Positions 37,506-49,810 of a DNA stretch of 64,000 nt are shown here, one piece after another (positions within the stretch are counted from its first letter, which is position 1; the number at the start of each line of letters is the position of its first letter). Source of the stretch: Vitrella brassicaformis CCMP3155 (Eukaryota > Protista > Chromerida); NCBI GenBank assembly GCA_001179505.1, contig CDMY01000228.1, positions 96,184 through 160,183 of the forward strand, in the 5' to 3' direction. Under the pieces are notes generated by a model. It was given only the letters and a program-made list of their open reading frames with translations. It was not told the origin of the DNA and made no database searches. The translations under genes were made by a program, and so were the position numbers.

Positions 37506-37550
37506 GTGAAAGTGATGGAAAATGCTATTTGGGAAAATGCAATGGGGCTC
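37506..37550. promoter_or_regulatory. Candidate shared promoter motif, copy 2 (GTGAAAGTGATGGAAAA...TGCAATGGGGCTC)
   Basis: In the 165-bp divergent gap between the BTB and VKOR genes; same orientation as the 33555 copy. Confidence 0.35.
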
Positions 37551-37581
37551 CGTTCCAACGGGTCTCTATGATTAAAGGAGG

Positions 37582-39508
37582 ATGTCAATGGCTCCATCCA
37601 CAATGGAAAGCGACCGCTTACCTCATCAAACAACAGCCGCTGACGCTGCCAAGGCTGTGTCCGCTCCTCCCTCATCGTTGCCTCTGGATGCCGACCCGTC
37701 TGTGCCGTGGCCTGACTGGCCTGGCACGCCCTTCTGTGCAGTGGCCGGTCTGATCATAGCGGGCTGCATTGAGAGTGCCTACCTGTCTTACGTCGAGTGG
37801 GCGGGGGACGGCGAGCGGCCCGGCTGCCCCGTGGGCGGCTGCTCAGAGGCACTCACCGGACCTTGGTCAAAAGTGGCGGGTGAGGGGGATGCGATGCATG
37901 AATGCTTTGGTGGAGGATACACATGTTTTGTGTCTTTGTGTATTGGTTTGCAGGCGTTCCTCTGGCTTTTTGGGATTGTGCGCTTATGTGGCGGAGCTGG
38001 TGCTGTGTGGGCTGCTGTGGGGGGCGAAGGAGTCAAGACGTCAGTGCAAAGGAGACAGAGATTGGCGGGTGGCATCTGTTTCTGTGTGTCTGTCCATCCA
38101 TCCATGCATGGTGCAGGTGGAGACGCCTTGCTTCGCCAGCTGCTGCTGTTTGTGTCGTGCATGATGGCTGTCTTCAGCTGCTACCTTATGACGTTGCTCG
38201 GTTTCCAAGTCAGTGAATGACACAGAGCCCACAAAGACCGACCGCACTTTATTGCATGCGGCTTCTGTGTGTGCAGATTGGTCAGTTTTGTCCGTGGTGC
38301 TTCGCCTCTGCCTGCATATGCTGGACCAATGCGATCATATGCCTCACAACGGTAAGGGAGCGTCCCAGGCCAGCCGAGACGTGTGTCTCTGTGTATGGGT
38401 GTCGTGTCGTCCAGTCTCTCGTTCCCATTCCCAAACGCGCCACACTCATTGCTGTCGCGGCCGCCGTGTCAGCCCTTATTTTCTCAGGTAAGTACTGTGT
38501 GTCTCACTCAGTGTGGTGCGCCTCTTGTCATCCATTCACTCATTTGTTGGTCTATCAGGTGTCCTCTATATGGTGCAGCGTGCCTTGATGCCCTCCCCGT
38601 CCGCCATCAAGACCACCGGCGCGACCTTCGACCTGGCCTCCCCCTCTCAGTCGGAAGAGCTCGTCAACAACCTCATTGCAGCAGGGGCCGTCATGTATGG
38701 CTCGTAAGTAAGACAAGACACACACCTTGGCACCTAAATCCATTTCATGTATGTGTTCATTCATTGTGTGCAGGGCTGTCTGCGGGCATTGTCGCGACCA
38801 GAAGACGGCCATCGGCCAGGCGTGGCGCCGATTCGCCGACACCGGGCACTTTGTCGAGTGCGAGAAGGGACAGCCGAACAGCCAGCCTGAGAAATGCTCA
38901 GACGTAGGTGACGAAAGAGCACGGACACACACAGAGAGACCATACGGCCCCTACCTTTGTGATGCAGATCGAGGCGTACCCGACCTGGGTGATCGGGGGC
39001 GAGAGGTTCACGCGCTTCCTCACCATCAAGGAGCTGGCGGCCGCGGCACTCGCACACCTGCCGAGCCAAACACCCACACCCACACCCACTCCCGGCCCCT
39101 CTCTGCTGCAGGAAGCCATCCACACCCACCCAGAGAGGCAGAGACACATCCACATGCAGCAACGGTCCTTAGAGATGATGAGGGGCACAGATGGAGACAA
39201 AGATGGGCCAATGGCAGCATCACCATCGCAAGACGCCGCCATACTGCTGAGCAGGGAGGAGGCGGAGAAGGTGTTGAAAGGTGTACGGGCCACTGGGAGG
39301 GTGGTCGATGTGAGCAGAGTGCCGTTCGAGTGTGTCGGGCCGCTCGCGAGAGCGAGAGAGAGAGCAACGGGGGAAAGAAAGAGACCGGCGAGGTAAGTGT
39401 GTCCGTGTCGGTCGGCTTTTGTGTGTGATGGGTTGATGGGTGGTGGCACTGTCTGTCTGTCTGTCTGTCAGCGGACTGTTTCCATGGGTGAGTTCTGAGC
39501 AGGTGTGA
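37582..39508 (+). CDS. Vitamin K epoxide reductase-thioredoxin fusion (LTO1/VKOR-DsbA-like), multi-exon
   Basis: VKOR: GCIESAYLSY...CPVGGCSEALTGPWSKVA|GVPLAFWGLCAY, with active-site FCPWCFASA. Trx-like: LVNNLIAAGAVMYGS|AVCGHCRDQKTAIG...FVEC...C|..IEAYPTWVIGG. The 3' end after 39392 is uncertain. Confidence 0.9.
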
Positions 39509-40323
39509 TTTGTTGATTCAAAGGGGGCGAGCGGATCGGATCGCACTGAGAGTCAAACGTGTCATCAGGGCGTGCACCGCCCAGCCCCCCACCCGGGCCA
39601 CCCCACAAGAAATCTCACGCGAGCGTTTGTTGCCATACACACGTGCACACACGGGCAGCAAGAGAGAGAGAGAGAGAGAGAGGGAGAGACCCAGCAGCGG
39701 CGCAGAGAAGATGTTGTCATCTTATGACTAATTGCATCCCTCCATCGATCCTTTCCCCACGCACGCACGAACGAACGAACGCATGTACGCATTGGCCTTT
39801 CCTTTCCCTCTCTCTCCCCTCCCTCCCTCCTCGGTGTGAATGTGTGAATGTGTGTGTGTGTGTGTGTGTGTGTCAATACAGAGAAATCACTTCGGTCGGT
39901 CGCCACCCACGCAAGCCATCCCTCCTGACCTTATCCACTCACACTCATGTGTATGGGTGTGGCCATGATACCACACACACCCATACCACATCCGCACCCG
40001 CGGCAGCAGCAAACTAGCACCGCCCCGCCCCGCCCTCAACCGAGATTGCAGCACACGCACAGACACACGGAAAACGCAGGCAGGCAGGCAGGCAGGCAGA
40101 GAGGCAGAGAGGCAGAGAGGCGGGCGGTCCTCGCTCTCTCACTGACAGTGCGCTGAACCTCAGTGAGCGAGAGAGTCGGGCAAAAACGAAGGCAGCCAAG
40201 ACAAGTCGCCTTCACCGATTGATTCTACCTTCACCCATGAATCAATCGATCCATTCAGCCGTCAATCCTGACCTTCATGTGTGTGCCGTGGGTGTCTGTC
40301 TGTCTGTCTGGCTGTCAGTCTCT

Positions 40324-41985
40324 CTACCCTCCCCTCCGCCGCTTCCTCTCCCTCCCACCACCGCCACCCCTCCCTCCCTCGCCCCCGTCAGCCCCCTGCA
40401 GCAGCAGCAGCTGCTGCAGCTCGGTGCCTCCCTGCAGCAGCAGCTCATGGTTGTTGCCAAGGTGGTTGTTCTGGTTCATCTCTTCCTCCTTCCTCTTTCG
40501 CTGCTGCCTCGTCAGCGGCCGGCTGCTCGGCGCCTGCGACGCCCTCCGCACAGCAGCGGCAGCGACACCGCCGCCACCAGCAGCAGCAGCAGCAGCGCCC
40601 CTCCTGCCGCCCACCCGCCGATTGACAGGGTTGATGTTGTTGTCGACGTAGTTCTCTAAGTCTTGGAGGGCGTTGTTGGACTGGTCCGCTGCTGCCGCCT
40701 GCTGCTGCTGCTGCGCGAGGCCGTCCTTGATGCGCCGGCGCACCCTGGGCGGCAGCATGTTCTCGCCGCTGCTGTCGTCTGTCTTGCTGTCTGCCTGCTG
40801 CTGCTGCTGTTTTGGTTTGCGTTTGGGTTTGGCTCGCGGCTTGGTGAATGCGGGGGCGGCGATGGGGGTGACGGGCTGGAGATCGTAGGGGTACAGACAA
40901 TACACAGCTGATGGATAGGATAGACACACATACAGAGATGGAGAGAGAGAATGAGATGGAGGGACCACGGCACACAGGATGGGTGTGTGGATGTGTGTGT
41001 GGATGTGTGTGTGGGGCGAGGGGGTGCGGGAGCTTACAGTTCCTGAAGTCGGCCGGGTGTGTGTCAGAGTCGTACTTGTATCGGCACGGCAGGTACACAC
41101 CCACGGGCACACGCTTCCGCTGATCATCGGTGTCAACAACACACACACACGCCATTCCACTGTGTCCACACAAAGGAGCTGTAAGTCTTCTCTCCTCTCA
41201 CCTCGTCTGTGGTGGGGTAGAGGAGTTTCTCGTATGTGAGTTGCACGTCGTCTGCGATGGCTAGGTCGGTCCTCTTGCCCTCCAACAGCGCCTTGAGCTT
41301 GTCCAGCCGGTGCTCCTCCATTATGCCCGAACTCTTCTCAAACGAACCAACATACACCTGCTCGACACACATCGTCACATTCCCACACGCCAGACACATC
41401 CACCCACCCACCCACCCTTCGTGTGCAGATCCCCCTCATGTGTCATTCCCTCTCCCTCTCCCATTCCCTCTCCCTCCCTCCCTCTCTCTCGCCTGTCTGT
41501 GTGTGTGTATTGGTGTGTGTGAGTGTGATGCTGCCATACCTCCAGCCCGCTGAGTTTGCCGCTGAATGCCATTTCAGAGTTGAAGTAGGGGACGGCCTCG
41601 AAGCGCAGGCCCTCCGCTTTGACCTTTTTGCTGCTGAACACCTTGCGCGCCGTTGTGATGTTGTCCAGCAGACACAGCAGTTTGGCGAAGGAGTCGTCCG
41701 ACACATCCTTGCCGTGCTTGGAGGTCGAGATCCGCAGCACCTGAACACACACACAGACAACACACACACAGCGCACAGGCACACAGACTCTCTTTTGGTG
41801 TTTGCTGTTTGTTTCTGGTCTTTGTGCAGGAAGCAGTGCTTGTGAGTGTGTTTGTGAGAGTGTGGGACTCTCCTCTCTGCTGCTGTCGACGTGGTGTGTT
41901 GCCCACCCACCCATGGGTAGGTGTCGAGCTGTGCGCTGGTGAGAGCGGAGGACGCCTCGGTGGACTGGTTCGCCACTGAAGACAT
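40324..41985 (-). CDS. Hypothetical protein, multi-exon, Q/A-rich basic C-terminus
   Basis: Exons with GT-AG borders: VLRISTSKHGKDVSDDSFAKLLCLLDNITTARKVF..., VYVGSFEKSSGIMEEHRLDKLKALLEG..., VPVGVYLPCRYKY..., YCLYPYDLQP... No family recognised. Confidence 0.55.
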
Positions 41986-42329
41986 GATGTGATGACGATG
42001 AGGACGATGGTGACGTTAGCCAACCCCTCAACTCACCTCACCCCTCACACACGCACAAACCCATCATCTCACGCACCAACAAAGGATTCGCGACTCACCC
42101 TCGCGCCTCGACCCACTGGCGATTGTAAACACACATCATGGGATGAGTCGCGAGGGGGGACGGCGGCTGATGGGTCAAGGGTGCGTCGCGAGTGTCGGCA
42201 GTAGCATCTGCAGTGCAATCTATGGTTCTTGCAATGAGCCGAGAAACCACGCGAGTGGTCAACTCAACCTTTTGCTGAGTGGCTTTGAAGGGAGCTTAAG
42301 GGGTCGTTGGTTCATCCAGCGAGGGACAC

Positions 42330-42369
<40 letters not shown>
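42330..42369. repeat. (GATA)n tetranucleotide microsatellite, ~10 units
   Basis: tagatagatagatagatagatagatagatagatagataga read directly. Confidence 0.95.
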
Positions 42370-43195
42370 CAGACACACTATCAAAGTCAGTCATCGATTG
42401 TCCACTCACTCACTCACCCCGCTGGCCGACAGGTAGGCAGCCTAAGGTCGATATGCATCAGACATGTAAGCGCCATGCATCCATCGCATCAATCGACCGT
42501 CAGTCAGTCAGTCATTGGAAGGGAGGGCCACTCCACTCGTTCGTGCCGCCCTCACTCTCTCCCTACCTGTCTAGGAGGAGGAGGAGGAGGAGGGCATCTC
42601 AAGCACACCACACACTAGCACACATCCTCACCTCACTCACTCACTCAGATGTATCCCTCCCTCCCTCCTTCTCTCCCTCCCGTCCTATAGACCTTATTTA
42701 CTTGCACGACCCACTCACACTCCCACTCACACAGAACACTCTCTCCTTCACACGTACGTCGATAGCCCTTCAAAAATCCAAATTGCCAACCAACCAAATC
42801 CCGACCGACATTCTCACACACACAATGACGATGGGTGGCTGGATGGCTTGAAAACCCCTTCACACAACACACACACATATACTCGTTCGTCCACACATGG
42901 CAAACAAGCGACAGGGAGAGGGAGGGAGGGAGGGAGGGAGGGCGGTCTACGGTGTGGGAGGGTCAACATTTCACAATGGAATGAATGGTGTGACGCACCG
43001 GAAAAATGTGAAGAAGGGAAGGCGCACACACCGCCATGCCATGTCCATGCGGGAATTTAATTAACCACACACGCCACGCAAAACTGAGAGAGACCAGTGG
43101 GGATGACCCACCAGCTCTCAATTACTCAGCCCACCTTCCCCCCTCCCCCCCCCTGCAGGTAGGCCGATCCGGTCAGCTATAGCCCGAGTAGCGTC

Positions 43196-46067
43196 TTAAT
43201 TTGCGACCAGAATGGCGTCGACAGCGCCGATATCAGAAAAGGCGCGAAGAACAAAAACATGAACACACCCTAAGGCAACACACACACACACACACACGAG
43301 ATTGTCTTGGCCTGGTCGCTCGGTGGGGTGTGTGTCAGTCAGGCTTACGTATGCGCCGAGGTAGGAGATGACGAGGTATACGGCGGCGATGCCGAGGGGG
43401 ATGAGCAGCAGCTGCCACCACTTGGCCATCCGGATGGAGCGATACAGATCCTCCAGAAACGACTCACTGACACACACACAGAGATGCAGAATTGCCTCTT
43501 TATGGCCCATTCTCTGTCTGTATGTGNNNNNNNNNNNNNNNNNNNNNNNNNNNNNNNNNNNNNNNNNNNNNNNNNNNNNNNNNNNNNNNNNNNNNNNNNN
43601 NNNNNNNNNNNNNNNNNNNNNNNNNNNNNNNNNNNNNNNNNNNNNNNNNNNNNNNNNNNNNNNNNNNNNNNNNNNNNNNNNNNNNNNNNNNNNNNNNNNN
43701 NNNNNNNNNNNNNNNNNNNNNNNNNNNNNNNNNNNNNNNNNNNNNNNNNNNNNNNNNNNNNNNNNNNNNNNNNNNNNNNNNNNNNNNNNNNNNNNNNNNN
43801 NNNNNNNNNNNNNNNNNNNNNNNNNNGGGGGGGGGGGGGGGGGGGGAGGGCGAGTGTGACTGACCGTGGGTTGTATAGGCAGTGTGTGGTGAAGTGTTGG
43901 GCCTCGCACCGGTCGGGAAGCCGCTCGAACATCAGCAGCTCGTCCTGCAGGTTCTGGTACAGGTTCTCGTACACCTGCACTCACAACGCACACCGCACAC
44001 CGCACACGTGTGTCTAATCTGCCTTGGTGCTTCTAGTGTGGTGTGGTGTGGTGTGGATACCTGTGTCTTGTTGGAGAGTTTGGCGAATCGCTGGCCGTCC
44101 AGGTCGAGCAGGAAAGTGGAGGCCTCGCTCAGGTTGTCCCGCCAGAAATGCATGAACCTGACGCGACACACAACGCAACGCGCAGATTGAAGCCATGCCA
44201 TCCACCACACCAGCGCATCCCCATGCTCTCCTCCCTCTGTCTGTCTGTCTGTCTGTCTAGTGTCTATTCACCGTTCCATTTTCCATGTGGGCGGCACGTC
44301 CGAGAGAGAGAAGGGGCCGGTTGGAATGGTCGACAGACGAACCTGTGCCCAACACAACACAACACAACACACAAACAACACTCACACTCATCCACTCAAC
44401 ACTCACCCATGCCCCCCACCCACAACCCCATCCTAACCGACCGTTTGGATTTCGACAAGCTCTTCGTCTTCGCTGTCGCCCTCGATGTGGTCGCCATCGC
44501 CGTCGCCCGATGCCTCCTCCTCCCCCCTCTCGCCACGAGGCTTCTCGAGCAAATGGGCGTTGTCTGAACCGACACACGAACAGACAGAAAGACGGCTACA
44601 AAATGTGCGGGATGCGTGTGTTTCTAGTGGGGAGGGGTGTGTTCTGTGGGCCGGTCGGGTGGGTACCTTCGTGGTAGACCCGCTTGGACTCATCCAGGTG
44701 CTGGTGGAGCGTCTCGACCGTCATGGTGTCGTTGCCAGGACCCTCTGAAAAAATGGTCGGTCGCAACAACAACCACAACAGCACCATACCATACCATACC
44801 ATCAACACATACGTGACGCCAGTAAGTAACACCCCTTTCTCTCCCTCCCTCCCACCGACCTTTATACTCGCTCTCGTGCAGCACATTGATCAGAACGAGG
44901 CAATACACTCGGTGCAATGGGTTCGACCGGCACAGCAGGTCCGCATTATGCCGATGCACGTATGGCGTGACGTACTGGTGCATCGACAGCAGGGCGGTGA
45001 AGAGCTTCTCCTCGTTGGAGCGCTTGGCCATGGCCAGGCGGCCGATGGGCGAGGGGGGCTCGCCGGGGGCGACGAACTCGGGGAAGACCAGGAGGGTCGG
45101 CTGGTCCCGAGCTATGTGCCAGTCCTTCATGAAGCTGCCCAGTGCGTGAGGGGACGCCTGGCCGAACATGAAGATGCTCTGCCACCTGATTAGATTGGGG
45201 AACACACACACAGTGGGGGCCGGGCCTCTCACTCTCCTCCCTCTGTCTCCTTCTATTGTGAGTGAGTTGGTTACTTGTGTGAAGCCGCCTTCATGAGAAG
45301 GGATGGCTGTGGCCTGCTGGTGATAAGCAGCAGCTTGGCAACGCCCTGGGCTGTCGTGTCGGCAGAGAGGAAGCGCAGCAGACTCTCTGAACACACAGAC
45401 AGCAACAAACGCGTCAGCGAGTGGATGGATGGCTTAGTCCATGTGTGTGTGGTTGGCTGCTCACTGTGGTCTCTGAGCATCTGCACAGGATTGGGGAAGT
45501 TCTCGATGAGGAACATCTTCAGACTCTCCACCGTAGGGCGCATCACACGGCTATAGATCTGCTCACCTCACGCCCCACACACACACACAACCTCTCTCCC
45601 TCCCTCTTCCTCTCGATGTGTCTGAGTGTCTGTCTGTTTGTTCGTGCGCACCTCCGGCCGTGTGCCCCTGGCGTAAATGAAGGTGGTGGGCAGCACCCCG
45701 GGCTTCAGAGGCAGCAGCTTCATGGCCTTCTTCTCGCGATTCACATTCAGACGACCGAACTTCAGATACCGACCCAGCTGAAACGCTGTCGTGTTGGACA
45801 CACACACACACACGCACACACACACACCATGGGACGTTTGTTTCTCTCTCTCTGTGTGTGTGTGGGTGTGGGGGTGGCTGCAGGCAGCCACATACATACC
45901 AGTTTCTTCCCAGACGGGTGAGAATTCTCTGCAGAGCCCCTCGAAGTCGGAATACAGCTGGATGATCCACACGTCGTTCGACTCCAACACCAACCTGATG
46001 GACCACACACAGAGGCAACACACACGAACGGGCAGAACACACACTCACGCATTTGCTCTTGCTCTTG

Positions 46068-46106
<39 letters not shown>

Positions 46107-47323
46107 CATCTAGGTGCTGACCTCGAGTAGGTCTCCGCAGTGAGTGTGGTGGTGCTTGAGGGAATGGCGTCATACTCGCCTGCCACCTGCACACACACAC
46201 ACGGGGCCACATCCATCCATCCATCCCACCACGGCCTGCCTGCCTGCCTGCCCTTCCTCTGTGTGTGCAGGTGTCGTGTTCCCCCACCTCGTCATAGAGT
46301 CTGCGCTTCTCTTCGTCGCCCAGAATCTCATACGCCTTGCTGATCTCCTGACACATAACACACACCACACACACACACACACACAGATGAAGACTGACCC
46401 TCTTTCGCATGTCGGTTGGTACGGCGGCAGAGGGCTGGCTGACCGACCCTGAATCTCTCTAGGCAGGCCTGGCAGTTGGGGTTTTTGTCGGGGTGCCACC
46501 GCAAAGACAGCTTCCGGTAGCTCCGCTTGATCTCAGACTGGTCCGCCGAGCGCGCCACCTCCAACGCAGCGTAGTAATCAACCTATCATCCCCCGTCCGT
46601 CCACAGACACGGCGATGCACACGGAAGACCACATCTCTCTCTCTCTCTCTCTCTGTGCTCACTCACATCGTCGGATCGTGTCATGCCCTTGATGTCGTAG
46701 TTCTCCTCGCCAAAGCGCAAGGCGAACATGCCGCACACACAGATGAGGACAAAGAAGCCCACCCCGCAGTTGAAGATCTTCTGCGTGAGGGTGGTGGGCT
46801 TGATCTCCGAGAGCTCGTCGAAGGCCGCCTGCCGCCACCGCCGACTCTTGACGGCCGCCCGCTCCCTCTCCTTCTCACGCTTGACCTTCTCCTGAATGAA
46901 CGAATAAATGCGTTGCAAGGTCGCCATCGATCCATGTGTGTGCGGTCAGGTGGGTTTGTGGTTGGCTGACCCACTCACCCGTGCTTTCTTCTTCTCGGCC
47001 TCTCTCTCTTTCCTGGCCTGTTTGGCCTTCTCCCTCTCGGCAGCCCTCTGCGCAGCCGCCTCGGGGTCCTCCTGCAAACCTAACGCATCCTGCAGAAGAG
47101 AACACACACACACAGACACACACAGACAGAGAGAAATGGGGCCTGGAAAGGATCCATCCAGCCAGCCAGCCAGCCAGCCATCCATCCATGGCACAAGCGT
47201 CAGACTCATACGCACGTCAGTGTCGTTGCTCTCGTTGGTGTCGTCCTGCCAGTCGTCCTCATCGTCGTAGTCATCCTCCTCGGCACGCCTAGATGACCTG
47301 AGTGATCACAAGCAAGGTCTCTG

Positions 47324-47361
<38 letters not shown>

Positions 47362-47938
47362 TGTCTGTGCGTGCGGGCGTACCCGCCCTGCCCCTCTCTG
47401 CTGCCGTTGACCGCTCGGCCAGCCGGCCGCGCTGATGATGATGACGACTTGGACTTGCTGGCTGCTGAAACACACACAATACACACACACACACACACAC
47501 ACATATAGACAGACATGTGGCGTAGAACGATGTCAGTCAGGTCATTCATGTGATGATCTCTCCATCCGATTGGTTGTGACCTCCCTCCCTCACTTTGGTT
47601 TTTCTTGCTGTCCTTCCCTTTCTTGCCCCCCTGCACCACCCACCCTTTATCGTCCTCATCAGCCTGTGCACACACACAAACATCCACACACACAGACGCA
47701 CAACTGAGCTCTTTCCTTCCGTCTGGGCACTGCCATGCCATTCTGTCATTGTACGTGCCCTGATCTCCCCGGTAGGTACACTCACCATCCGCGAGAAGAC
47801 GCCCTTCTTCTGCTGCAGCGTGGCGCTCTCTGGCTCATCGCTCTCACCGCCCAACACCAACCCGTCGGCATCGATCTCTGCGATGTCGCCCTCACGCTCC
47901 TTCTTGGCCCGCCGCTTTCGGGCGCTCTTGGACGCCAT
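43196..47938 (-). CDS. DnaJ (J-domain) plus thioredoxin-like membrane protein (DNAJC16/ERdj-like), multi-exon, spans a gap
   Basis: DYYAALEVARSADQSEIKRSYRKLSLRWHPDKNP...|QEISKAYEILGDEEKRRLYD (HPD motif). Trx-like VWIIQLYSDFEGLCREFSPVWEE and LKFGRLNVNREK. TM before the J-domain (GVGFFVLICVCGMFAL) and at the C-terminus (WWQLLLIPLGIAAVYLVISYL). Confidence 0.85.
43527..43826. other. Assembly gap (300 N), within an intron of the DnaJ gene
   Basis: Run of n. Confidence 1.
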
Positions 47939-48204
47939 GGAAGGCACCACACAAACTCTACGTCACCGCGTTGCCGGAAGAGGCTTCAAATCAGCGATCT
48001 GATGCAACGAGTATCTCCAGATGCGACGCCTATGCTGCGTACGCCCTCCGCGGTCCTGCTTTTCGCCTCCTTCTCGACCGGGTCGAGCTACGATCGACCC
48101 GTTGCAGACCTGGCGCATTTCGGTGGTGATCTCTCATTCATCTGTGCCGTCTGTGTGCCTGTTGTGCCGTCCTCCCCGCAAAAGCACAGATCTCCGCCAT
48201 CGCC

Positions 48205-49458
48205 ATGCCGATGGTCCAGCCTGGCGCGCGGCTTCGAGCGCTGATGAAGCAGGGGTGTGTGGCGCTGCCCGGAGCCTTCAATGGCCTGGTGGGCCGTCTG
48301 GTGGCCGAAGCGGGGTTCGATGGCTGCTACGTGTCGGGCGGTGCGGTGAGTGCCGCGGTGGGGTGTCCGGACATTGGTTTGCTGACGCTAGAGGGCTTCA
48401 CGCGGGTCATTCACGACGTCACGACATCGAGCGGCCTGCCCTGCATTGCAGACGCTGACACAGGTCAGTGTCAGTCCCATATATATCAGCCAGCAACGAC
48501 GGCACGGCTGATGGGTGGGTGTGATCTCTCCGTGTGTTCATTCATTCATCCACCAGGTTTCGGCGAGGGCGAGATGGTGACCAAGACAGTGTGGGAGTAC
48601 CACCGGGCCGGCGCGGCGGGCCTTCACATCGAGGACCAGGTCTTCCCAAAACGGTGCGGCCACCTCGACGGCAAGGCGCTCATCCCGACAATCGACATGG
48701 CTGCCAAGGTGGGGCGCGCCCGGCGGGCGAGCGATGCCTGCTCGGACGGCACCTTCATCGTGTGCGCCAGGACGGACGCGAGGGCGGTAGAGGGCATGCA
48801 GGCGGCGGTGGCACGCGCCAAGGCTTATGTCGAGGCCGGGGCCGACATGATATTTCCGGAAGGGCTGCACACTGAGGTGAGAAAGAAAGACAGAGAGGGA
48901 GGGAGGGAGGGAGAGAGGGAGGGAGGAAGGGAGGGAGGGAGAGTGGGATGCCATATGTATGTGTGTGGGTGGGTGCCTTCGTTCAGTCGGAGTTTGCCGA
49001 GTTCGCGTCGCACATGAAGGGTCTGCGCGGCGATGCGCCCGACGGTGGCCCCTTCCTGCTGGCCAACATGACGGAGTTCGGCAAGACGCCCATGCTGCCC
49101 CTCTCGACATACGCCATGATGGGCTACCACTGCGTCATCTTCCCTGTCACCACCCTGAGGGTCGCCATGAAACCTGTGCAGGTGAGCATACACATTGGTG
49201 GATGGATGGATGGATGTTTATCGGTATGTTATGGGCGTCGCGGTACTCACTCAGGAGATGTTGGCGACACTGAGGGAGAAGGGCACGGTCGAGGAGTGGC
49301 TGCCCAAAATGTATTCCAGACAGGTGGGGGAGGTTGCAGTACGGCCATCCATGCACCCATGGCTGTCTGTCCTCGTGTGTGCACTGCAGGAGCTGTATTC
49401 GTCTCTTCGGTACACCCCGGGCGTCGAGTGGACATACCCCAGCAAGACCAAGGAATGA
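48205..49458 (+). CDS. prpB: 2-methylisocitrate lyase (ICL/PEP mutase superfamily), multi-exon
   Basis: LPGAFNGLVGRLVAEAGFDGCYVSGGAVS, PDIGLLT, LPCIADADTG|FG, HIEDQVFPKRCGHLDGK (KRCGH signature), ARTDAR, ADMIFPEGL, LLANMTEFGKTP. Ends YPSKTKE*. Confidence 0.92.
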
Positions 49459-49810
49459 ATGAACACACACACACGAGGGGCGCGGCGCTGGTTGAGTTGA
49501 TTAGCGTGTGGCTGACGCACCTGGTGGTGTGGATGTGTGGATGAGATGAGCGGCATGTGACCGAGTGCCTTTTTGCCGTCAAGTCAGTCGTGTTGGCATT
49601 TGTGCGGTGTGTGTGTGCCAAGACAACAGTGCTAGACCGGTTTTTGGTAATGCTGTCGTGTGACCTGGTGTGGGGCATTAACGGCAACACCCACACTTCC
49701 AAAGACCACCCACACCCATCTCTGTCGACCGGAATTCACTCACTTGTGTGTGTCTCATATCAATAGTGTTGTGTGTTAATGTGTCGTGTTAATGTGTCGT
49801 GTGGGTGTAG

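Noticed and set aside
43827-43850. Poly-G run as a G-quadruplex or regulatory element
   Set aside because: It directly abuts an assembly gap and is likely a low-quality contig end.
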